From Takakia lepidozioides (taxonomy: Eukaryota > Plantae > Bryophyta), in assembly GCA_030704615.1 (NCBI GenBank), contig CM060731.1, positions 48,732,001-48,796,000 on the forward strand: a stretch of DNA of 64,000 nt, given 5' to 3'. Shown here piece by piece: positions 22,954 through 35,856 of this stretch. The notes beneath the pieces are model-generated. The model saw nothing but the letters and a program-made list of their open reading frames with translations, did no database searches and was not told the DNA's origin. The position numbers and the translations under genes are program-made. Position 1 is the stretch's first letter. The number at the start of each line of letters is the position of its first letter.

Positions 22954-24802
22954 TTTACCCTCAGGGTAAGGGTATTGGGTGCCACATATACCATGAGGGT
23001 AAGGGTAATTGCAGGATAATGGTACCATTTTTATATCCTCAGGATCTCCCAGGGTAATTATAAAGGGTAAATTAATTTTTTAAATTTAATTTGTGAATTT
23101 TATTAAATAACTAGAATAAAGCTTCTTTTTTTTTTGATAAAAGGGACAGAGGCCCTACAAAAACTTTATTGGAGTGGCAAAATGAGAACAGAGAGGAGGA
23201 AAAAATAACCTCCTAAGGGACCGTAAAGGCGTATCACATGGGGAACACCCAGCACTAGTAGGGAGTTGGGGGGGGAAGCAGGAGTTAACTAAGAACCAAA
23301 ATCTCGGTGGGGGGAGGGAATTGCCATAGGGCCTAACCAAGACGAAGCATTTCAACTATATAACATCCCCGTTATATAGAATTTAATGGGATATGCTTTT
23401 TATTCATATTTTTGTTTATTTTTTATGTGGCTTACGAATAGCAAAATTTTAGCCCTCATTTATGCTCCTCTAATGGCCCTAAATTATAATAACAAAACAA
23501 CACATTTGATCATAATGAGGTCACTTTGCACCATAGATAAGAGAATGGCGGGTACCGAGGAAAGAGAGAGCGGCAGTGGCGGGGACTGCCACTAGCACAC
23601 ACTTTTTCCAAGGAGAGAGTGGCAAGGACGGTTCTTGGAGCACAAGCTGCGAAGAGGAAGGGGGGAAAAAATAAAATAAAAAATGCTAGTGTTCGCCCTC
23701 TCTACTTGCAAATACCACACCTAAACCTAAACCCCTAGTAATCAAATTATTATACCCTTCCCTATTACCCAGCCATTGAGATTTATCCTCAGGGTAAGGG
23801 TATCCTTCGAAATTTCAAACCCCAGGGTATAATCCATTAAGGGTATAACAAAAATAATTACCCCTGACAAGGGTAGGGTAAGGGTGTTTTGGAATTTCCA
23901 TGGTAGGGTATATCCATATACCCTTATTGGGTTTTTACCCAGTGTTGGCCGGGTATGGCATCTGGACATGCATACCCGGCAGTTATTTGCCGTTTATGCA
24001 CATATGCATACCCGGAAAGTGCAGCCCCCGGAGGAACTGGCTATGGAAGGGAACCGGCAAAAGCCATCGAGCTTCCTAACCGGCTAGAGAACCGGCATTG
24101 TGATTATAAGGGTGTTATACCCGGAGCAGGATCCGGAGCAAATGGGGATGGCGTAGAGGCGGTTCTAGATAATGTAGGTATAGGGGTTGGTGATGGTAGG
24201 GTGATGGTAGTTGAGATTAGGTGCACAACATTGAGGATGCCCGAGTAAATAGGAAATTAATTAGTTGGGCATTTGGCTAAACAATAGTTATAAACTTGGT
24301 GTATTACAGGGGCAGCCTGAAGGCAATAGATAGATGATAGGGGTTGAACGTTTGAACCCGAGACCCACAGGCCAATCCACGAGTGGCTTACCACCAGGCC
24401 ACAGCCCTCTTGTGTACTTTCACACACATACACAAAAATGCTAGAGAAAGTAAAAATATAAAATGGATGAATCCCATAACCGGTACCATGGAACCGGCGA
24501 TTTTTAAGATGGCATAACCGGTAGATTGAGAACCGGACAAGAAAAAATTCATGGAACCGGCGATTTTTAAGATGGCATAACCGGTAGATTGAGAACCGGA
24601 CAAGAAAAAATTCATGTGTTTAATGAGAACCTGTAACCGATATGTTTTTCAAACCTATTGATATACCCTGCCCCGGCCATCCATTTTTTTTCAAGGAGTA
24701 GGCCATAACTGGACCGGAAGAGGGCTCAAAACATGGTACCCGGCCAACACTGGTTTTACCCTCAGGGTATAATGGCAGAAAAAGGGTATCCTCCCAACAC
24801 TG
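22954..24802. mobile_element. Non-autonomous hAT-like element (outer, left end missing) rich in ACCCTCAGGGTA palindromic subterminal motifs
   Basis: Right terminus CCCAACACTG (24793-24802; reverse complement CAGTGTTGGG) and many TACCC/GGGTA motifs. Confidence 0.6.
23940..24752. mobile_element. Complete non-autonomous hAT-like element (813 bp) nested in the outer element
   Basis: Perfect 16-bp TIRs CAGTGTTGGCCGGGTA / TACCCGGCCAACACTG. 8-bp flanks TTTTTACC (23932-23939) and GTTTTACC (24753-24760). ACCGG subterminal repeats and an internal 63-bp tandem duplication (24487-24615). Confidence 0.85.
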
Positions 24803-25604
24803 CTCTCCACAATGCCTCTATCCCTTGCGGGACAGAGCCAACAAACAAACAAATAAACCACCTTTCTTCATATATTGATTTGGACCTTGGAATAGTCTAG
24901 GTATGCATGTATGCACCTTGGGATAGGTGGCGTAAGGAGAGGCCCTCATGAGGAGACCCTTGCTCCTGCAACCCTCCTAGACCCCGTTTGGGTGGGGTTG
25001 ACCCTCTCCTTGCGCTGTCCACCATGTGTGATTACCATAGGTCTCCAGTAGGGCCTCAGCAGCCAAAATGCACTGGTTGACTACAACCATGTAGATTGGT
25101 GAGAATTTGAGGTTTGGCATTACAAATGAGGTTATGGACTACCAGAATTACCTGATTAACACTACTGCTTACATGAAAATCCAAGTAGGTTAGATTGATT
25201 GCTGGTTGCTACTCTTGTCAGTGGCATGCATACATGAGAATAACTATGTATTTGTCAGTCGTGCAAGTGGGGAGGTATGTTGCCAACATTCCTTGGAAAA
25301 ACATGGAAGTGGGTGTCCAATAGCACACTGCACAATCTACTTCATGCAGCCCCCATGGAAAGGAGTAGGCAGGGAGAGGAAACCTTGGTTATGGCTCTTT
25401 GCTTGGAAAAGCTTTACTATTTCAAGTTTGAACTGGGCTGAACAGCACTAGATGTTGTGTCAAAAATCCTATCGTCCCACATTCTTCACAAATGCGCCTA
25501 ATTTGTCTCGAAATCTAACATAGCGCATGTTCTCACGATTGTCACATCAAATCCGTCACCCTTTAGTAGTATCAATTTTAGGGAGGTGTAAGAGAGAAAG
25601 GAGG

Positions 25605-28600
25605 TTAGGTCAAAGTAATGGAATGTAAAACAACTCCATTTCGAGCATGTGGATTCCTTCCCCACCTTCCCATCCGAGGCTCCTGTAGAATTGGGGGCCA
25701 AAACAGCAATACGAAATCAGCTTCTCTGTTCTTCTACATACAGATGAAAATGGCATGACTAAATTATATACCCCAATCCTCAGCTGACTGAAAACAGGAA
25801 AGTGTGCCAGATCTACCAACCAGCTGGATTGACATTTGCATGGCAAAAAGTGACCTCAATCAGTAACTTCCAAGTAGGATTGCTTGTGTGCATCCGCAAG
25901 TAGGCTCCATTCTTCAGTAGGTATAATTGTAGTCTTATTGGAGTAATAATATTCAGCTACATGTCCTCCACCAAAGTTTCTTCAACCGCTGCTAGAACTT
26001 TGTATTATTATATTAAGGTCTTGCAATGATGCAATATTCAGACAATCAAAAAGTGTCCACTGACAAGATGGATCTAAGAGTAGAACCTGGCCAACACCGG
26101 CAAGTAGGAAGCGGCCACTGTGTGCAAATGCCAAGGAATTGATAAAACCTTTCTGCACATTCAAGAGCTCAGTTAGAGATAAAACGTTGCTCAATCAAAG
26201 ACTTACAGAAATTCTGAGGATATCCTGCTATATGGTGCAAAGCAACTACTCGTGGTGAGTGTAGTTTTACAAAAGTGGAAACCAGGGGACTCACCACTGG
26301 AAGAGAGTGAAGACCTCGAAGACTACGATTGGTGTCCTCCAGGGCCCATAGCTTGACAAAGCCATCCCCTGCTCCAGATGCTGCCAGGTCACTGCCCCGG
26401 CATGCGACCACTGCTCCTACCCACGACTCTGCTGCTCCCACTGGTGATCCACTTGACTCAAGGTGTCCATTATTGCCTGCACCCATCATTTGTATCTTGG
26501 TCAGACTGTGGCAGAGGAAGGGGGAACAAGGGGAGACAGACATGTGTAGATCTCTTCAAGCCAGGTTGGTGATGCAAAATTTTCAGTTAACAATCTCAGA
26601 GAAGTTTACCATATCCACAGGAAGCTCAGTGCACATATGACAGAGGAAAGGTAAGCTATTAAATCCATAAGAGCGCTAATGAGCCACAGCAGAACACCAG
26701 GCACCGCTTTTCCTTCCTCAGTAGTAACCTTGTTGCTCCTTGGCTGTTGTGATCGTATGTATTTCAATCTTTTAAATCTTACTGAAAGGATGCATTGTTC
26801 AGGGAGTGATTTCAAAGAAGGAAAGAATTAAGACAGACCAACGTGGTGCATTCAAAACACACCATTGCTAAGGCCATTCTCAAAGGCCCCCTTCAAAGCT
26901 TTCTCCTCAGCAGGCATCTCTGTGCTGATGCCAACCGCAGCATTGTGAAGTGTCCCTGTGCTCCCATGTGCATTCCGGACCATAAATACAGGCTTCTTCC
27001 GGATTGTATTCCAGAGAGCCACACAGCCGTCATCCGATCCCGACAAAAACTCCCCGTTGGAAATAAAGCAACAACTCTCAATGTGTGCTGCATGCCCTCT
27101 AAACACCAGCTGCGTCTCCTCTGGGATCTGTGTATAGCAAACACTTGCTCAATGCTGGATATTCAACATAGTAAACATTGTGGAGCATGTAGTCACTTCT
27201 TTCCGCAAACATTTATACAGAAGAAAACGGAACCCTCACCAAGGAGCTTCTAGCACAACCCTCTTCATACGTGTTTGTGTTTACAATACCCTTGTCTCGC
27301 TTCCCAAACTCTCAGGCCCGTTGTCCAATTACTTCACTGTCCTACTTTCCAGAATAAGATGATCCCGAAACCATCTTTGGTACCTTCCACACTCGCAATG
27401 TGCGGTCACGACCTGCAGAAAGGACACGCTCCTGACGGAGACAGTCGAGAGATAGAACTTCGCTTTGATGACCATACAAGGTGTCGATGTAAGAGCGGTC
27501 TTCCACACTCCACAGCTTGATAGTGCGATCCAATGATCCTGACATAAGCTGTTGTGTCCCCTGTCTGAACACCAGGCTTGTTACAGCTCCCCTATGCCCT
27601 GCAAATCCCTGCAGTGAAGAACCAAGTAATGAAGGAATTCTTTTCTAAGCAAAAGGGAAACATAGAGCGCTTAAGGATAGATGTCTAAATCGGACAAAAG
27701 AGCCAGAATGACCCACAAACGTTTGAGCACTTCACTCTTAACCCTGCAGCACTCTACCTTTGATCGAGAATATACAGTTTAAGAAACATCAGGCACTAAA
27801 CAAAGGAACAGCATGGCAGAAAAAGACCAGCACCTGAAGGTGTTGACGAGTGCGAGTGTCCCAAACATGGACGCTGCGATGCAACCCTCCCGATGCCAAA
27901 TAGCGGCCATCGGAGCTCACTGCCACCGCTAATAGATGCCTGCTTCCCTGCTTCTTACCCACCTTGTTTCCTTGCACATTACCACTACTGGCTAAAGCTG
28001 ACGTTGAAGGCTCCTGGGAAGGCCACTCATATTTATCACTGTGTCCTGATTCAATATCCCATTGCACCAACATGCCATCCTTCGATGCAGCAAAGCCTCT
28101 GGTGTCATCTTCAGTGAGACAGACAGCAGTCACTGCTTGACGATGCTTTCGACCCACTGCCCTAGCCTCTGGCAAGCTTGCTGGCTCCACCACTCTGTCA
28201 CCCATTCACTAAACTTACCACATCAACCACATCCTATAATAAACTGTAAGAAACGATAGAGTACAAAGATCAGGCCCATTCCAAGAAAGCAAAGCTTGTT
28301 ACTGTACTGCCATTCACAAATCATCATTTCAGCACTACAGCACAGGAGATTGACATCTATTACAACTAGGCAGGATAATGATTGGCATTGGACTATGGAC
28401 TGGGACGGTGTCTTTTTGTAGCTCAAGCACTACGAAAATCGGACTGCAGAGGGTAAGGGTTATCCAGCTCCATAAGCAAGTGGAATCTCAACATAAGGAA
28501 GCTGCTGGCGACAAACTGCCTTCGACAGTGCCAGTATGCTCACTTTAGACTCTGAAGTTTGGGAAGATCAGAATCCTCTATACTATACTGTTCATTAGCT

Positions 28601-30032
28601 CTTTAATTACGAGACTCAACCCTGAATATCATTGCATTGTATGGAATGATATTGCCACTCTTTTCTCTACATGGAGTGCTGTTCTTGATTGAATGGAGTA
28701 GTCAAAGGAAAACCTCAAAATGGACTGCAAGTCCATATCTGCCACTGCTTCGGACCAATATTAGGCACAAGTTGCAATCAAGGAAAATTTGCACCTCATA
28801 TAGAAACCCAATGGGCTTGAAGTCAGGTCACATTGGTACCTGACCCTACTGAACAACTTGCAGCAAAAGTCCACAGGCTTTTTGAAACAAAAAAGTCATG
28901 ACTTTCCGGTTGTAATCTGTAAGTCAGGGACATGGCTGTCTTGCTGAGATGTATCATCTCTGCAAGAGAATGGCACACAGTTCCAAATGATTTCCTGGTG
29001 ATCCCTACTCAAAAAGAAACCAACAAAGTAAGTGTTGTACAACTTACAGTCCCCCCTTCTCAGTTTCTCTGATCCTAATTTGTGGCCATCAGGTGAAAAT
29101 ATCCTGCTCATGTATAGCCAAACTCACAGGTCCATCTGGGAGCTTTGAGGCCACCCAAATGATCCCTGCAACATATGATCCAGAGGCTATGAAACAGTTG
29201 CAGGTAGTACTTGGCAATTTACCCGAAAGATTGTTTCCAGGGACCCTTGGCTAGAGGAGAGTTCCAATCGAGTGGAAGACCCACATTGGATTCTGTAGCT
29301 CTTCACTGAAGACATCCGCATGGCTGAAACTAAAAACCCGCCACACTGCCCAACTAGCAGGCATTAATCCATCATAAACATCCCAATTGACAGTTTAGGA
29401 CAGTCACCACTAGAATTACCGGGAATTCACTTTAAACAGAAACGACGCAGAACGAGAGTATCTAATCTACAGGGTCCTCTATGAGACAATCAGATTAAGC
29501 TGGCCAATCAGTATACCTGGCAGCCAGTTTGCGCTGGACGCGCCCACTCTCTTCGAGCTGATCCTGCTGCAGAAGATCAGCCACCATGCTATCTCTGGCT
29601 CCCCTTCGCTGCTCCGCAGTGGTGTCGTCCTCATCCTCCTGCAATCACGACGTTAAAAAGGTCACCACTCATTCTAATGATTTTTTTGAAATCCTCCTGC
29701 AAACGTCGGTAGAGACAACCCAACAAATAGAAATATGTAGGTGTTCTCACCTCGACATCTCCTACAGCTTGCCGCGTTCGATCAAGATATGCTTTAGCAA
29801 CTCTCAGACGTTTCTCATCAGCAGTCTCCACGTCTGCAGCATCCTCCCCTTCATCCGAAGACGCCCCGCCCCTTTCACCGGCCTCTACTGCATCATCATC
29901 ACTGTGAAGTTCCTCATCTCTCGCTGCTTGGAAGAATTCGTCTTTCTCCAACCCCCCTGAGGATTGCCTTGCCTTCTTTTTTCTATTTCCATCCTTGGGG
30001 TCTCGCCGCGTCCTTTTGCGGACCTTCACCAT
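25605..30032 (-). CDS. RRP9: U3 snoRNP-associated WD40 protein U3-55K/RRP9 (YAO-like). Exons 30032-29751, 29638-29517, 28194-27834, 27608-27384, 27127-26863, 26476-26295, 26152-26087, 25682-25605
   Basis: Basic/acidic N-terminus with ETADEKRLRVAKAYL. WD repeats (LAVAVSSDGRYLASGG, GHRGAV..L.FRQGT, LYGHQSEV, GRDRTLRVWKIPEETQLVFRG). C-terminal GFINSLAF..SGRFLLAGVGQEPRMGRW. Confidence 0.93.
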
Positions 30033-30252
30033 AGCTCCCACCGGGTCCTCACAAGGAATGGCACAGAGCAGTCTGAAATGTAAACAGAGCAGGTCTAAAT
30101 GCACTCACAAAATCGCCATTGAGAAAACCGCAAACCATGGTGGGATTAGACAATGTGAGAAGAAGATTGCACCCAATCAGTCCCCATCCTCGTAGAAGCA
30201 GATTACACATGCCCTCCCTTGCGGCGATGAATCACTCTCAAGGTACAGGGCC

Positions 30253-30325
30253 AGGGTTTAGGGTTTAGGCCCGGCTTCCTACATTATCAGAGCCATTTTG
30301 CTTCCTACATTATCAGAGCCATTTG
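30253..30325. promoter_or_regulatory. Telo-box repeat and 24-bp direct repeat in the divergent RRP9/TWD1 promoter region
   Basis: AGGGTTTAGGGTTTAGG at 30253-30269 (AAACCCTA telo-box, typical of ribosome-biogenesis gene promoters); CTTCCTACATTATCAGAGCCATTT at 30275 and 30301. Confidence 0.5.
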
Positions 30326-31123
30326 TGAATAGGGCTTCCTATTGTTACTGGGTTTTCCTTTTCCCTTCGATCAGAGTAACTAATCATAAGCAAAGAAAAT
30401 CATGCAACCCATTGCTACGTATATCTCGTTCTCTTCTTTCTTGTCTTGTAAAAGTCAAAGCGAGGTCGGTAAAGGTGCCGTCGAGTCTTTGATTATATCA
30501 AGTAGTTTCTTGACCTGATCACTAGGAACACAACAACATGTTTGAACAACGACGATGACTTTCTTTCAGCAAAAGCTACAGTCAATAATGAAATGAGCTT
30601 CAGTTTCATATCTTTTGAACCGCCAATTAAAGAATGACAACACTGTCTCCCCCATCAGAAACTGCAAATGAATGAATGAATACTCGCAAGTGCTCGGGAT
30701 TGACCGCTCCATTTCAGTTCACAGAAGGCAAGAAAATTTTCGAACCATTTGAGTTCGGAGGAGTTAATCAAGTGTTTTTCTCGTCCATGGCATCAATGGC
30801 AGGATGCATGGGGGCCCAAACAGTAAGTAGGTTGCAGTGTATGTAGAGATTTTGGGTTGGAGCGTTGCACGATGCAGGCAATGGTGGTTGCCCGGTTTCC
30901 GGAAGAGTGGGCATCATAGGCCGGCTGCAGGACTGGTTCCGTTGTGATCGCAACCTTGTGTTGCGTACCTTGTAGGCTGCTCCTGCTCTCTCCGTCCTTG
31001 TGGATCGGACAACACTCGGAACCCACTAGCTTTCGACGACCCATTGGGCCTTGGCAATTGGCTGTTGCACAATCGAGGTTTGCATCAACCCACGAATCAA
31101 GCTAGAAGAAAGCAGGAGCCGCG

Positions 31124-34100
31124 ATGGTGTCTGAAGATGTTGTTCCCGCATCTTCAGTTCCTGAGGATGCAAGCACTACAGAAAGTGAGGGCAAGCTTGA
31201 GAGTGATGCACAAGGAGAGGAGGCATCCACAGCAGAGATCGACAGCAAGTTAGAAGGTGAGCCACACTTTTGTTCTGTATAAGAATGATCTTAACTGTAT
31301 ATGTGTACCTGGGGTACCATGGTGGCCGTTGGGATCATTTTGGCCAATTGGGTGTGCAGACATCTCAAGCTTAAGGTCCCAGAGACTTAGCAAGAAATTG
31401 TGCTGCTTGTATTGGTGGTCATACAGCCGTAGATTGCTTTCCACCTTAATTGTCTACCAAATCTAGCACGTCTTCCACTTTCTAGTTGGGCTCGCTGCAA
31501 CAAAATGATGGAGATATACAGAGAGACACTGGGGTTTGCTGGACAAAGTTTTGTAACTAATCGGTTTCAAGAGAAGGGGCGTGTAGGCCGGAAAGGCATA
31601 GTGGTAGAAATCAGACCTTTTTGGTTGTCCCGGTATAAGACGAGGTTGCTGTAAGTCGCTTTGCACTTTCTAATAGGGCAGTATTTTTGGGCAGATGGGG
31701 AAGGACCAGGAGCAGCGGAGGAAACGACTACAGAGAGAGATGACAAATTTCCGCCCAAGGTGAATTCCGAGGTGGAGGTTTTCCTGGAAGGTTTGACCAA
31801 GCAAATCATTAAAGAGGGCCATGGCGACACTCCCCCCAGGCATTCGACTTGCTTTGGTATTTCCCATCTAATTCCCTCTGCCCCCAAGCTAAAGAATTAT
31901 GTCCTCTCCATCGCAGTTCATCTTTGTGATTTTGAGATGTATCTTTGAATTGGCAGTTCTTCTAAGGTTTACCAGGAGCTGTTTTACTGATTTCAGTTGT
32001 TGCACCCTCGCGCCCCACTATTCTCTAATCCTTCAAGGATGATGACAGGTGGATGACTGTTCACTTTTGGTTCTGACACGGGGCTGATCTTTATGATCTC
32101 TTACTTTCAAGACTAGGGTCACAAACTTACAGATGAACTTGTGGGTGGATGGTGTTGCATGCTTGATGTAGTGCAATATAGGGCGTGGACAGAAAGCACT
32201 ATGCACAAGTTTGAAGACACATGGCAAGAGAACCAACCTCTGGAGCTGTTGCTTGGCCATGGTAAGTGTTTTCCCTCTTTGCAATAGGTTTGGAGGATTT
32301 GTGGTTTCTGCCTGCTCACCAGAGCATGCCATATTCATACAAGAGAGATATACTTCTAAGGAAGATTGTGGATGATAAGTATGTACAATTAGCAGAAGTA
32401 ATCAGCCCAGGGGTGCTAAAGATTTCTTGCTGTAATGCAATCCCCATTTCAGTTATCCAGTCCTATGGGGGTGTTTAGGGGGTTAAAGTTTAGTATGCAG
32501 TCACCAAATTAGAATAGGATCAGCATGTAATTTAAGGGTGTTAAAACAAGTCCTTTATCAAATGGTAAGGACAACTGATGATGGGGAGTGGCTATCTGCA
32601 CAAACCGGTGCAGGACTATTTGTGTGTGTCCATTCCAAACTGCCATTGATGGGGTGGCACAAAATTAACTCTTTGATATGATACTGAGTGTATGCCTGCC
32701 CTGATGCACAAATGAAACTATGTACTCTGGAGCTAAGGAGGGTGGATGTAACAGCACAAAGAATTTCAGTGTGTCATAATGAGAAATGAATGAATGTACT
32801 ATATGTATGCACTGCCTTTGTGAATTGCAGAGAAGCAACAGCTAAAAGGTCTGGCACTTGGAGTGGCAAGTATGAAGGCTGGGGAATCAGCCCTCTTTCA
32901 TGTGGGCTGGCAACTTGGTTATGGCAAGGAGGGAAGCTTTTCATTTCCAAATGTGCCACCAATGGCAGATCTCATCTATGAGGTTGAGCTGATTGGCTTT
33001 GAAGCCCCCAGAGAAGTATGCATCAAGACATCCTCCTAGGCAGCAGGTTCTTGTTCATTTTTACAAAGGTGTTGACCTTGGTGGACCATTTAACCCAGCA
33101 GCTGTTTCAGGCTGGTGCTGGATCTGATTTCTATGTGCATAGTCTCATCATATAAAACTTGCAATTAGACTTCGGGTATTCTATGACACTTCTGTTTGTG
33201 TATGTTGAGAAAAAGATTGTACTCATAAGACGTTGTTTGCCGTAGCCTTGTGGCCATTGACCCCGCGCCCAGTTTGAGCAGGAATATGTTGAGAAAAAGA
33301 AAGGGCAAGGGAGCAAGAGGAAGTTAACAACTGTGTGGTGGGGCATGGCAGGGAAGGCCACGAGGTGAGATGACAGTTGAGGAACGAATTGAGGCTGCAG
33401 ATCGCAGGAAAGTGGATGGCAACGAACTGTTTAAGGAGACAAAGATAGCAGAAGCAATGCAACACTACGAAATGGTGACCACCTCTTCTAGAAGATACCC
33501 AACCTGCTTGCTTGTCTTGCTTTTTTATTTCTGCTTGAGCTCATTGATTGATGCGTCTTTATAGCGGTTTGAGAATGTGGCTGTGATAGTCATCAGTGCG
33601 GTTTATATATGGTTTTATATTTAGCTCTCTCCAGCACCTTTCCAGGTTTTGCTCTCGCTAATGGGCAACTCAGCCAGTTGTAGTGGAATGGATACTGCTT
33701 CATTAAATGATGAACTAATGGGATGGTGGTTGACTGGGTCTGCAGGCACTTGCATATTTGGGGGATGACTTCATGTTTCAGCTCTTTGGCAAGTACCGTG
33801 ACATGGCAAATGCTGTGAAGCATCCATGCCATCTCAACCTGGCTGCCTGCTTTCTTAAGCTGCATCGCTTTGACGAAGCTATCAACCATTGCACTGTGGT
33901 ATGAACGTGTTAGTGTGCCTTCAGTCTTATGTTTCTAGGCCTCAATATTGTAAGGATAGTGTAGCAAAGAGTGAAGTTGGAGCAAGGGTGCTAACAAATG
34001 GGTGTCCGCTCCCCTTTACCCCGTACTTGCGTGCTGTAGTGACTCCTTTCATACTTGGCAGACTTTGTAGACCTTGCATTCTTGGCACGAATGTTCGCAG

Positions 34101-34536
34101 GTACGCTAGTAGCCTCATGTGAAATATGATCTCCAACTCATGTTGTTTAGCTGCAAGGAAGCTGCTCGATTGCCATTGCAAGTTCTGAGCAAACTGATGC
34201 AAGCAGGTGCTAGCAGAGGATGAGAACAACACCAAAGCGCTCTTCCGGCGAGGAAAGGCACGTGCAGAATTGGGGCAAACTGATTCAGCCAAAGAGGACT
34301 TTGAGAAAGTACGAAAGCTAGCACCAAATGACAAAGCAACAATTCGCGAGTTGCGGGAGATTGCACAGCAAGAACGACAGCTATATGAGAAACAGAAGCA
34401 AATGTATAAAGGGCTCTTTAAGCCTTCCAGTACTCCCGCCCCCAAACCTGCCACCCCTTGGCACTCTGTGCTTTGGCACCGGCTGCTATCCCTCTTTGGC
34501 TTTCTTTCTATGTTTCGAAGGCCAAAAAAGGATTAG
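31124..34536 (+). CDS. TWD1: FKBP42 / TWISTED DWARF1 (FKBP + TPR + C-terminal membrane anchor). Exons 31124-31256, 31695-31856, 32172-32261, 32831-33015, 33352-33474, 33746-33898, 34207-34536
   Basis: Diagnostic PPKVNSEVEV..TKQIIKEGHG..P..STCF, YRAWT..HKFEDTW.E, GYGKEGSFSFPNVPPMADLIYEVELIGF, MTVEERIEAADRRK.DGN, DDFMFQLFGKYRDMA and KALFRRGKA motifs; hydrophobic C-terminal tail. Confidence 0.95.
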
Positions 34537-35856
34537 GGCCCATTCTTGTCAATTAGCATTATATGGTTACCATCAAGCAGTGGGCAACAGTGGGAACATA
34601 GCAGTGCAATCCTTAGTCTTATTGTAAGATCAGAAATACATATAATTTCTGCTTCTCATAGGTAGGTGCAGATGTGACACTCTCACCTATTTTGAGTATG
34701 GTGTCGGGATCTATGAGTATCTCCAGGAGTACAGTTGTATATGCTGGAGAATCTGCAGTTAGGCACTGATGGTGATAAAGCTATGTTCCAGTAAACAAGA
34801 TTTAAGTAGCTTTTCGTCCAGTTGTCCAGAAAGCCAGAGATCATTCATGTGCATTTGGAGCCATTGGAGCCATCCCTTGTCACAGCAAAGGGTGTCAATT
34901 TGGATGCCTGGGGTCACATCTGTTACTACCTCAACTTCTGGATGATTGATGGGTAGAATGAGGACGTGTCTTCAGCAAAAAACAGATGGGTGTACCAAGG
35001 TGAGGTTCTAAGGGTGTGATTTTCTGGTCCTCAGAAGGATGTGCAAAGTTGGGGGGTAGTTACAAAGGAGAGTTAGAACCTAGCCTTGCCTTCCGGTGTC
35101 TTTACACAGTCTGATTCTATTGCTCAATAGGAGGTTCAAGGCCCAGTTTGGGTGAAACACATTGAAAGGGGCATAACACACCTTATGTTCTATTCCCAAG
35201 TGGCACCTTGATAGAGGAATGGTGTTAAGTTGAAGATGATGTAGGAAGAGTAAGAAGTGGTCTTGCAGAATGGACTATACCTAACCAGATTTTCTATCCG
35301 GCAACATTCAAATTCGGTTGATGGCAAATTTGTAGCCATCATGAAAGATTCAATTGCATTACCTTGTACATCCTTAAATTGGTTAAATTTCAATGGACAA
35401 TTATATGGAGTTAGATCTTTCTCAAAATTAATCACTGTGTACTTGTAAATATATAGTATTGTATTATGTAGTATTGGAACTGGGCTAGGCCATCATGTAT
35501 GCCATCCTTGAAGCAGAAGATAATGGCTGAGGAGTAATTGGTGCTATTTCCCAACCCCATTGGCTTGGTACAGGTATTGATGCAACGATCGTTGTGTACA
35601 TGGAAGCCTACTCAAGATGACACACGCCTATGAACATTGCTGTTAAAAAGTCATACCTGGTTCACATATATACGTGCAAGTCCTGATAGCATGAGCAAGG
35701 AGAACACTTAGGGAGTGGGACAACAGATCGCATGAAAGCAAATGCCTAATATTGATACAAGATTAGAGTCCTTCTGCATTTGAGAAGATTATTATCACTG
35801 GCCTAATCGACTATGGCTTTCAGTAAAACCTTGCGGGTGTAAGGTACCAAACAGTC

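Noticed and set aside
30253-30269. Interstitial telomere
   Set aside because: Only about two units in a promoter; fits a telo-box.
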